DNA from: Candidatus Krumholzibacteriia bacterium
GTDB lineage: Bacteria; Krumholzibacteriota; Krumholzibacteriia; WVZY01
DNA: 15,355 nucleotides
Direction: 5' to 3'
NCBI GenBank assembly: GCA_036478295.1
Contig: JAZGDW010000034.1
Coordinates: 1-15,355, forward strand
Numbering within the stretch: position 1 is the first letter of the stretch; each line of letters opens with the position of its first letter. Positions 8,563 to 15,355 of the stretch are shown one piece after another. The translations under genes and the position numbers were made by a program. The notes below the pieces were generated by a model. It was given only the letters and a program-made list of their open reading frames with translations, was not told where the DNA came from and made no database searches.

Positions 8563-9801
8563 TCACAACGTGTAGTTGAGCCCTAAAGTATATGCCCAGT
8601 CCCAATCCGACTTGTTAGTTGGCACCTTTCGCTTTGAGTAACGAACGCCCGCGAACAGGCCGAACGATCCCACCATGTGGTTCAGAGCCCCACCCACGAT
8701 TAAATCATCAAACGGGCTATCCGATACCTTAAACCCGACCACCGCGCTCGGCCAGCCGAGATGAACTAGACGGGTCCTATCGCTGCGGGGCAACTTGGGG
8801 CGGGACAACAGGTAGAAGTTGAATAAAATATATGGTTCGACCTCTTTGCTCGAGACGCCTTGCTCACGGTGCTTGCCATCTACGAGCGTGAAAGCCAAAC
8901 CGAAGCTTGCTCTGACTCGGGATGGACTGTAGTTCCCGAATGTGGCGTAAGCTCGGCTATCTTTCAGCGCTGCTCTGACACGATAGATCGTATTCTCGCG
9001 TACCGAGATTTTTGCCATACCGAAGTAGAGCGCTTTGTCGCTTGTACCAATAAGTTGCATGGACAACTTGGCGTCTTGGTCTTCCAGTTCCTTTTCCTTG
9101 TCGGCCGTTGGCTTGACGTCCGCGAAAAGAGATACGATGGCCGCAATCACGGAAAGTTCCCCTATCCCGCGGCGGTACTCCAACGCCTCCGAGCGAACGG
9201 ATGGTGTGATAGCTGTAAGCTTCTGCACCGTTTTCTTGCTGAATTCTTCATCGGTCGGCTTTTCAGTCGTACGGGTAATCGTGGTGGTTGAGTCAAACTT
9301 TTCCTCGACGGAAGTCGAGTCGTTCACTCGTGTCCTCTGAAACTTCTGTACCGTTTCTTGTACCGTTTTAGTGATGGTTCCTTTATCAGCCGGTCTTAAA
9401 GTGGTACTGTCAATCGTGGTGGTTGATTCGAACTCGTGCTCGAGGAGACTCGGGTCGTCTGTAAATACCATTATCCATACGTATCTCGCGTCCCACAGGT
9501 CCTCCACAATCTTACCATTTTGAACGAGAGCAGCTTTAATGTTATGTGTCTCTGTGCCATTCTTTTTAAAATAGACCACGAGATCGACGAGATTCTTATC
9601 ATAACCGGGCTTGAAAAACATGTCTGGTATTCCGATCAAACTGTCGTTATTGTCGTTGTCTAACAAGGCAAACAACTCCACGCACCTCAATGAATCGAGC
9701 GGGTATTGCCGGTTTCCCATGGGGTGTTCTCGTGCGTGACATAGGTCAAACGAAACCGCCGCTAACCCGGTTACTATAATTAGACACATCGCTCGTGCCA
9801 T
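8563..9801 (-). CDS. Exported hypothetical protein with Thr-rich repeats and C-terminal outer-membrane beta-barrel-like region
   Basis: ATG 9801 after GAGGAG, signal peptide MARAMCLIIVTGLAAVSFDLCHA, amphipathic strands ending WDWAYTLGLNYTL. 412 aa. Confidence 0.7.
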   Translation of the reverse strand: MARAMCLIIVTGLAAVSFDLCHAREHPMGNRQYPLDSLRCVELFALLDNDNNDSLIGIPDMFFKPGYDKNLVDLVVYFKKNGTETHNIKAALVQNGKIVEDLWDARYVWIMVFTDDPSLLEHEFESTTTIDSTTLRPADKGTITKTVQETVQKFQRTRVNDSTSVEEKFDSTTTITRTTEKPTDEEFSKKTVQKLTAITPSVRSEALEYRRGIGELSVIAAIVSLFADVKPTADKEKELEDQDAKLSMQLIGTSDKALYFGMAKISVRENTIYRVRAALKDSRAYATFGNYSPSRVRASFGLAFTLVDGKHREQGVSSKEVEPYILFNFYLLSRPKLPRSDRTRLVHLGWPSAVVGFKVSDSPFDDLIVGGALNHMVGSFGLFAGVRYSKRKVPTNKSDWDWAYTLGLNYTL

Positions 9802-9940
9802 GATTATCTCCTCGTCGCGGGGAGAAGATGTCGCAGGCCGTTCTATTAACACGCACAACATTTGGGTAGAAGGGGAGAGCGGAGTGCGATTCTGGTGTAA
9901 TATGTTAACCCGTACGACAAGCTGAGGGTAATTTAGTTAG

Positions 9941-9954
9941 TTGATAATTATCAA
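9941..9954. promoter_or_regulatory. Perfect palindrome TTGATAATTATCAA (FNR-box consensus TTGAT-N4-ATCAA)
   Basis: Exact 14-bp palindrome in the AT-rich region upstream of the minus-strand cluster. Confidence 0.5.
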
Positions 9955-9995
9955 TAACCGTTGCATCGCTTCGCAGGCCGGGAATGGTCACGTCG

Positions 9996-10035
9996 GTTGT
10001 AAAAGAAAGTTTACAGTGTAAACGGAGTTTACAAC
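9996..10035. promoter_or_regulatory. Tandem operator pair TGTAAA-N6-TTTACA / TGTAAA-N5-TTTACA
   Basis: GTTGTAAAAGAAAGTTTACAGTGTAAACGGAGTTTACAAC contains four half-sites in nested dyad symmetry. Confidence 0.6.
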
Positions 10036-10173
10036 GCTACCAGTCGAGCAGGCATTACCCATGGTATCTTCGCTTGATAGTCGAATTCTGGAATCTTCTC
10101 GAAGCGAGAAGCCCTAGCCAGATCGTCGCGGGCCGGTTAAGATAGCCTTATGAAGCGGGACCGCGTACACCGA

Positions 10174-10192
10174 TTAGCACAATATTAGCACA
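10174..10192 (+). repeat. Arm-like tandem repeat TTAGCACA-ATA-TTAGCACA (right end of cassette B)
   Basis: Direct repeat of 4824-4842. Flanks are also similar (A...GCTTGCC vs A...GTTGCC). Confidence 0.8.
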
Positions 10193-10246
10193 GTTGCCCC
10201 GACGAAACACCGAACGGGTTTCGTAACTGTAGTAATGACAATAGGT

Positions 10247-10335
10247 GCCGGAGTGGCGGAATGGTAGACGCAGCGGACTTAAAATCCGCTGGGGTTATAA
10301 ACCCCGTGCCGGTTCGAGTCCGGCCTCCGGCACCA
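10247..10335 (+). tRNA. tRNA-Leu (anticodon UAA)
   Basis: Acceptor stem GCCGGAG/CTCCGGC, discriminator A and encoded CCA, anticodon arm GCGGA-CTTAAAA-TCCGC, long variable arm GGGGTT-ATA-AACCCC, T arm GCCGG-TTCGAGT-CCGGC. Confidence 0.98.
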
Positions 10336-10378
10336 TTTATCTCATCGGGATGACCCCGAGAGGCGCCAGATATTCAAA

Positions 10379-10400
10379 ATTGTGTCAGTTTTGTGCTTCG
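10379..10400 (-). repeat. Arm-like repeat (left end of cassette C)
   Basis: Plus strand ATTGTGTCAGTTTTGTGCTTCG is 21/22 identical to 13245-13266, with TTGTG at 11-bp period. Its reverse complement resembles the GCACA repeats of cassette B. Confidence 0.8.
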
Positions 10401-10446
10401 TCGGATCCCCAACGTCCGGCCTGGGGGCTGTGCCGGCAGAGCGTGT

Positions 10447-10479
10447 AAAAAGGGCGGCTCTTCGGGGCCGCCCCTCTTT
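10447..10479 (+). terminator. Hairpin terminator downstream of tRNA-Leu
   Basis: AAAAAGGGCGGCTC-TTCG-GGGCCGCCCCTCTTT: GC stem with UUCG loop, flanked by A and T runs. Confidence 0.75.
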
Positions 10480-10772
10480 GTTCAGGTCCTGCGATGGGGA
10501 GTCGCCGTACCCGGTGCACGGGCCTAAGCGTAAGAGGACCATCTTCTTCGTCAGCGGTTTCGGCGGCGATTTAGCGGCTCGACTCCCCGTCCATCCGAGG
10601 CCCGGATCCTAAATGGCTGGCGAACCCGTTCGACATTCGGAGAAAAGTGTGGTAGTCTCTGCCTGTCTTTCCGCGCCGGGGCGTTCTTAGCGTTCAGCCC
10701 ACTCATCTTCACGCCATACTCCTCTATACTGATCCCACCGGCGATTCTCTGAAGTCCACAGGAGGTCTACGC

Positions 10773-13065
10773 ATGAGGCGAATACGAAGGGTTTTTGACC
10801 GGAACCCGGCCTGCCCGCCGTCCCGTGGGGGCAGGGTGAGGGTTACGGCAATATCTTTGATGACAATGATGCTGATCGCCATTGTAGGGTGCGGAGGGGA
10901 CGACCCACCACCCGTTGCCGTGGACACCAAAGCGCCGACGGTGACATCGATGTCGCCCGCGGCTGGGGCCATGAACGTTTCGTTGAATACGACCATCAGC
11001 GCGACCTTTTCGGAGGCGGTACGCGCGTCGACCGTCAATGCCACGACCTTCACGGTCGGTGGTGTGTTGGGTACGGTCGTGCTCAACGGAAAAGTGGCGA
11101 CCTTCACGCCCTCGGCTGCCCTGGCCGAGAGCACGCCCTACACGGTGACGATAACGACCGGGGTGAAGGACATCGCGGGCAACGCGCTGGCTGCCGATTT
11201 CGTGTGGTCGTTTACGACCCTAGGAACCGCGCCTGTGGTGGCGTCGGTCTCACCCTTAAATGGGGCCATGGGTGTTTCGTTGACGAGCACTGTCAGTGCA
11301 ACCTTTTCGGAAGCGGTCGATCCCGCGACGGTGACGGCGACGACATTTACGGTGAGCGGCGTGACCGGCACTATCAGTGTCAACGGTGCGACGGCGACCT
11401 TCACGCCCTCGGCCGCCCTGGCTGAGAGCACGCCCTACACGGCGACCGTCACCACCGGCATAACCGATCTTGCCGGCAACGCGCTGGCTGCCGATTTCGT
11501 GTGGTCGTTTACGACTGGCTCGGCGCCCATTGCCAACGCCGGACCGGATCAGGACGTGACCCTGGGTGTGAGCATCGTCCTGGACGGCTCGGCGAGCCAA
11601 GGCGATTTCCAGACCCGCACTTGGGCCCAGGTCTCGGGACCAACGGTCGTGCTGACCAACCCGACCAGCGCGACTCCAACGATTCCGAATCCGCCGAACG
11701 AAGTTACGACGATGGAGTTCGATCTGACGCTTACCTTCGGCGGCCAAGAGAGTCGGGACCGCGTCGTGATCTTTATCCTCGAAGACGCGGACAACGCGCT
11801 GTTTGTGAGCAGGACAGGTAGCGACGCGAACGCCGGCACGCGCCAGTCCCCGTTCGCAACGGTGCAGAAGGCCATCGATGTGTCGAACGCCGTCGGAGGC
11901 GGGGCGGACGTCTACGCTACTGACGGCGTTTTCTCGGAAACGATTACACTGCGCGACAACGTGAGCATCTACGGTGGCTTCCACCGGATCACCGGGCTCC
12001 GTGATATCCAGCTGAACAAGACCATCATCAACGGGGGGCCGCAGGCAGTCACGGGCTCCTCAGCCAATAATTTGACCCTCGACGGGCTGGAAATCCTGAG
12101 TGCCGCCGGCCACGGCCGGTGGGAGCTCGATTGTGATCAGCCTCGAAAGTAGCACCGGCGTTGTCATCTCGCGTAACACCCTGTTTGCCGGCATTGGTAG
12201 CAACGGCTCGGACGGTTGCACTTCGCCGTTAGGTTTTTGCCCCAAACCTGGGGCCGATGGCGACGACGGTCGCACCGCCGTTGCAACCCCGCCCGGTTTG
12301 GGGGGACCCGGCGGGGGGGGGGGGACTGCAGGACATGACGGCGGTAAAGGTGGAACAGGTGGTGCTGGTGTGGGGTCAGACGGCTTCCCGGGAGACGGAC
12401 CCTTAGGTGGGCTCGGCGGAAGGGCACAGCTTTTTAACGGCTCAAGGGGCGGCACGGGCGGCAACGGCACCAACGGCGGCAATGGCCTCGGAGGATTGGC
12501 GTTCGGCTCTACAGGCGGGGCCGGTTACAACCCGAGTAATGGGGCTGACGGGGGCGACGGCACTAGCGGCAGTGGTGGCGGTGGCGGTGGTGCCGGCGCC
12601 GGCGCCAGCAACTTCATTGTTTTTGGTGGTGGTGGTGGTGGTGGTGGTGAAGGCGGCGGTGTTGGCAAGTACGGCCGCGGCGGTTTCGGTGGTGGCGGCG
12701 CTTTCGGCATCCTGCTGACCGACGGAAGCAGCGCGACCATTACCGATAATACCATCACCACGGGTGAAGGTGGTGACGGGGGAAGCGGCGGTGAAGCCAG
12801 CATCGGTGGCATCGGTGGCACCGGGGGAAACGGCGCGAATGCTGGCCACGGCACCGGTGGCAACGGTGGCGACGGCGGTATCGGTGGCATCGGCGGTCAC
12901 GGCGGCAGCGGCGGCGGTGGACCGTCGATTGGTATCGTCGAGAGTGTAACAAGCAGCTCCACTCGGACGCTCAACGTGTTCACGCTGGGAACCGCCGGCC
13001 TCGGGGGGACCGGCCCGGGCAATCCGGGCGCCGCTGGAGAACGAGTGAACTACTGGAAAGAGTAG
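10773..13065 (+). pseudogene. Surface lipoprotein (2x Ig-like Big_5, PKD-like, DUF1565/beta-helix-like, Gly-rich PGRS-like tail) split by a frameshift near 12109
   Basis: AGGAGG RBS and lipobox IAIVGC, two ATFSEAV...DLAGNALAADFVWSFTT domains, APIANAGPDQ, GSDANAGTRQSPFATVQKAI. ORFs 10773-12152 and 12100-13065 join as ...ILSAA/ATAGGSSIVI. Could be a sequencing error. Confidence 0.75.
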
Positions 13066-13081
13066 CTTATGCGGCTGTGAC

Positions 13082-13117
13082 AAAAGGGGCGGTTCTTCGG
13101 AGCCGCCCTTTTCGTTT
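13082..13117 (+). terminator. Intrinsic terminator after the surface-protein gene
   Basis: AAAAGGGGCGGTTC-TTCG-GAGCCGCCCTTTTCGTTT, 16 nt after the stop at 13065. Confidence 0.85.
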
Positions 13118-13244
13118 CGATGTTCTTGCCCCGACTCGGTAGCGGGGCGGTTTGTTCCGATCAGCTCCGTGTTCCACGCGGGGGTCCCCAAAGGACGGGA
13201 TCCGGCTAGCGATAGTCAAATCAGGCGAGAACGGCTGACCGCAG

Positions 13245-13266
13245 ATTGTGTCAGATTTGTGCTTCG
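13245..13266 (-). repeat. Arm-like repeat (right end of cassette C)
   Basis: Plus strand ATTGTGTCAGATTTGTGCTTCG, a direct repeat of 10379-10400. Confidence 0.8.
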
Positions 13267-13380
13267 GCCACGGACAAACTGTCGTATAGTGACACGACGC
13301 CTCGGCAACGTAAGTGTAAGACCAGTCAACCAGTTACAACGTATTATTAATTCTCGTGAAACGTCAAAAGAGCTGGATTT

Positions 13381-13450
13381 CGGACTTAAAATCCGCTGGG
13401 GTTATAAACCCCGTGCCGGTTCAAGTCCGGCCTCCGGCACCATTTATCTC
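13381..13450 (+). repeat. tRNA-Leu 3'-half duplicate (att site)
   Basis: CGGACTTAAAATCCGC...CTCCGGCACCATTTATCTC matches 10274-10343 except A13423 vs G10316 in the T loop. Confidence 0.96.
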
Positions 13451-13560
13451 GCATCACGCACCCGCCCGCAAGGGGGAGAGACGCCGCCGACCGCAACCAA
13501 ACGCCACGCATCTCGTAGGATAAATCAATCGCCCACTATATCCCGAAGAAGGAGGTTCCC

Positions 13561-14391
13561 GTGAAAAGATCGTGCATGACCTGGCCTGCAGGACGTCGCC
13601 TCGTGGCGGTACTCGGTACCGCGGCGCTCGCCACCGCTTTCTGTGTCACAACCATCCAACCCGCCGCCGCAAAGTCCGACCCCGATGCGGTGAAGATCGT
13701 CGACTCGATGGTCAAGGCCCACGGCGGCCTGGACAAATGGACTTCGGCCCCGACCGTCAGCTTCCATGACGCCTTCAAGCCCGCCGGTGCGCCGGCAGCG
13801 ATGGTCTCCCAGGTAACCGTGGAACAGGGCCCGCGCCGGGCCTACATCGACTACCCGGAGATGGGCATGAACCTGACCTGGGACGGCGAGAAGGCATGGA
13901 GCGTGGACTGGAAGTTACCGTACCCGCCCCGTTTCATGGCGCTTCTCAACTACTATTTCGTCAACCTCCCGTGGCTGACGAAGGATCCGGGCGTGGTCCT
14001 CGGCAATGTGAGTACCGAGAAGCTGTGGGACGACCCGACGGACTACATCACGGTGCACATGACCTTCGAATCGGGCGTGGGGGATACGCCGGACGACTAC
14101 TACGTCCTCTACATCGACCCCAAGACGCACATGATGAAAGGCTGCCGCTACGTGGTGACGTACGAAGGGCTGCTGCCGGAAGGCGCCACGTCGACCCCGG
14201 AGCATATCCTGGTCTTCGATACGTTCGACACCGTGGACGGACTACAGGTCCCGATCCACTATACGGTCTACCAGTTGGACCACAGTGTCTACGCGGAGTG
14301 CGGGTTGTCGAACTGGTCGTTCCAGAAGCCTTTCGACAGCGCCCGCATGACAATGTCCGAAGGCGCGGTCTTGGACGAGTCGAAACCGTAA
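13561..14391 (+). CDS. Exported hypothetical protein (DUF6503 / LolA-like fold candidate)
   Basis: AAGGAGG RBS plus GTG, signal peptide ending AAA-K, KAHGGLDKW, YYFVNLPWLTKDPGV, GVGDTPDDYYVLYID. Confidence 0.75.
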   Translation: MKRSCMTWPAGRRLVAVLGTAALATAFCVTTIQPAAAKSDPDAVKIVDSMVKAHGGLDKWTSAPTVSFHDAFKPAGAPAAMVSQVTVEQGPRRAYIDYPEMGMNLTWDGEKAWSVDWKLPYPPRFMALLNYYFVNLPWLTKDPGVVLGNVSTEKLWDDPTDYITVHMTFESGVGDTPDDYYVLYIDPKTHMMKGCRYVVTYEGLLPEGATSTPEHILVFDTFDTVDGLQVPIHYTVYQLDHSVYAECGLSNWSFQKPFDSARMTMSEGAVLDESKP

Positions 14392-14410
14392 GAGTCTAGG
14401 CTACAACAGT

Positions 14411-15232
14411 CTAGATCTCGAACTTAATGACGAACTTGAGGACAATCGCGGCGGCAAACGAGTAGATGATAAAGATGGCGATCCAGTGCAGGTCCCAGCG
14501 GAGGAAGGGGTAGGATGCCCCCGGGTACGCCACGGTGACACGGGCGATGGGCGAGTCCTTGGGAATAGCGGGCAGGGCCGGGTGAAGGAATGGCTCGACC
14601 CAGCCGCTGGCATTGCGCTCATGCCCGATCATGCGGTAGCCATCCTCGGCCACCAGGGGAAACGTATAGAGACTGCCGCCGCCGGATAACGTGACCTCAT
14701 GCGTTCCCGGGCCGTCCACGCGGAGACGCCAATCGATCTCGCGGGTCTCCGCGACACGCACCGGTGGTCCGTCCGCCACCACACCACCACCCAGGTTCAA
14801 ATCCAACTCGGTTCGAAATGGATCGATGCCTTCCTTTAGCGACACGGAGAGTATCGTCGTCTCGCCGCTGGCGAGGGGCTGCCGCGAGTAACGCTCGTCC
14901 ATCTGCATGAACACAATGACGACGGGCACGAGCAATATGATAAACGGCCGAAGCAACGTGCCCAGGTAGCGGCCATTGGCACCGAGCGTCCCCCCGAACC
15001 CTCTTATGATGAGCACCGGGTCGTCCTGGTAGATCCGCATCTCGAGGATGCGGGCTTTGAGCTTTTCCTTAGCGGCCTTGATAGCGGCCGCGTTGGACGT
15101 CCATTTGAAGACGTACGCCATCACCACGCCGGTCAGGAGCGACAGCGCGACGAGTCCCACAGTGTGACGATCGCCGTAGGGTACGAGCACAATATTAAAG
15201 AGAGTGGTAATCAAGCGGGCGAAAGCATCCAT
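14411..15232 (-). CDS. Integral membrane hypothetical protein (DUF106/EMC3-like N-terminus possible)
   Basis: 273 aa with three hydrophobic segments and a basic helical linker (IKAAKEKLKARILEMRIYQDD). Start lies 2 nt after the upstream stop. Confidence 0.75.
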   Translation of the reverse strand: MDAFARLITTLFNIVLVPYGDRHTVGLVALSLLTGVVMAYVFKWTSNAAAIKAAKEKLKARILEMRIYQDDPVLIIRGFGGTLGANGRYLGTLLRPFIILLVPVVIVFMQMDERYSRQPLASGETTILSVSLKEGIDPFRTELDLNLGGGVVADGPPVRVAETREIDWRLRVDGPGTHEVTLSGGGSLYTFPLVAEDGYRMIGHERNASGWVEPFLHPALPAIPKDSPIARVTVAYPGASYPFLRWDLHWIAIFIIYSFAAAIVLKFVIKFEI

Positions 15233-15234
15233 TG

Positions 15235-15354
15235 CTAAGAAATATACCCCAACCCCTCGAGCTTCTTCTTGATGTCCTCTTCGGAGCCGGCGTCGTCCAG
15301 GTTGGCGAGCTCTTTCTCCAGCACATGCGCGACGAACTCATCGGCCGACGTATA
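15235..15354 (-). CDS. C-terminal part of a small RHH/CopG-like protein with LGY tail (partial)
   Basis: Minus strand reads YTSADEFVAHVLEKELANLDDAGSEEDIKKKLEGLGYIS-TAG and is open to the window edge. Confidence 0.7.
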   Translation of the reverse strand, partial: YTSADEFVAHVLEKELANLDDAGSEEDIKKKLEGLGYIS

Positions 15355-15355
15355 G

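Larger units (their letters stand above)
4655..10285. mobile_element. Integrase-less integrative cassette B inserted on the 5' side of tRNA-Leu (5592 bp repeat-to-repeat)
   Basis: Bounded by 39-bp direct repeats of the tRNA 5' half, with matching internal arm-like repeats at both ends. Accessory cargo only; no tyrosine or serine recombinase ORF. Confidence 0.8.
10274..13450. mobile_element. Integrase-less integrative cassette C inserted on the 3' side of tRNA-Leu (3107 bp repeat-to-repeat)
   Basis: Bounded by 70-bp direct repeats (10274-10343 and 13381-13450, one mismatch). Internal 22-bp repeats at both ends, a single cargo gene and no recombinase. Confidence 0.85.

Noticed and set aside
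10245..10612. ORFs 10245-10448, 10342-10542, 10382-10612 and the similar ORF 13169-13564
   Set aside because: They overlap the tRNA, att repeats and terminator. The shared peptide KIRWGYKPRAGSSPASG is only translated tRNA sequence.
12442..13191. Pro-rich and Ala/Thr-rich antisense ORFs
   Set aside because: Shadows of the Gly-rich plus-strand coding sequence.
4655..13450. Split or trans-spliced tRNA, or intron-containing tRNA
   Set aside because: An intact copy lies between the halves, the halves overlap at the anticodon loop, and no complementary leader/trailer or intron structure is evident. Att duplication is simpler.
13461..13478. CCC-GCAA-GGG hairpin as the native tRNA terminator
   Set aside because: Stem is too short and there is no U tract.
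1..15355. CRISPR array or integron attC cassettes
   Set aside because: No regularly spaced repeat-spacer units or convincing attC folds seen. The repeats are explained by att, arm, TIR and terminator elements.

Overview
GC-rich bacterial window built around a tRNA-Leu(UAA) gene (10247-10335) that acts as a two-sided integration hotspot. An exact 39-bp copy of its 5' half lies at 4655-4693 and a 70-bp copy of its 3' half at 13381-13450. These delimit two small cassettes (about 5.6 kb and 3.1 kb) that encode no site-specific recombinase. Each cassette has its own pair of 11-bp-periodic arm-like repeats, arranged as mirror images around the tRNA. A third arm pair at the same spacing suggests the czcCBA-like metal-efflux operon at the left is cargo of another such element. 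The left cassette carries an IS-truncated beta-propeller lipoprotein, an IS481/IS3-like element, and a minus-strand cluster: exported/beta-barrel-like protein, RRE-like radical SAM/SPASM enzyme, an unannotated 45-aa three-Cys peptide (7128-7265) and a terminator. This cluster is a candidate new RiPP system. The right cassette carries a frameshifted Ig-like/Gly-rich surface lipoprotein between twin terminators. Probable host genes resume after 13450.
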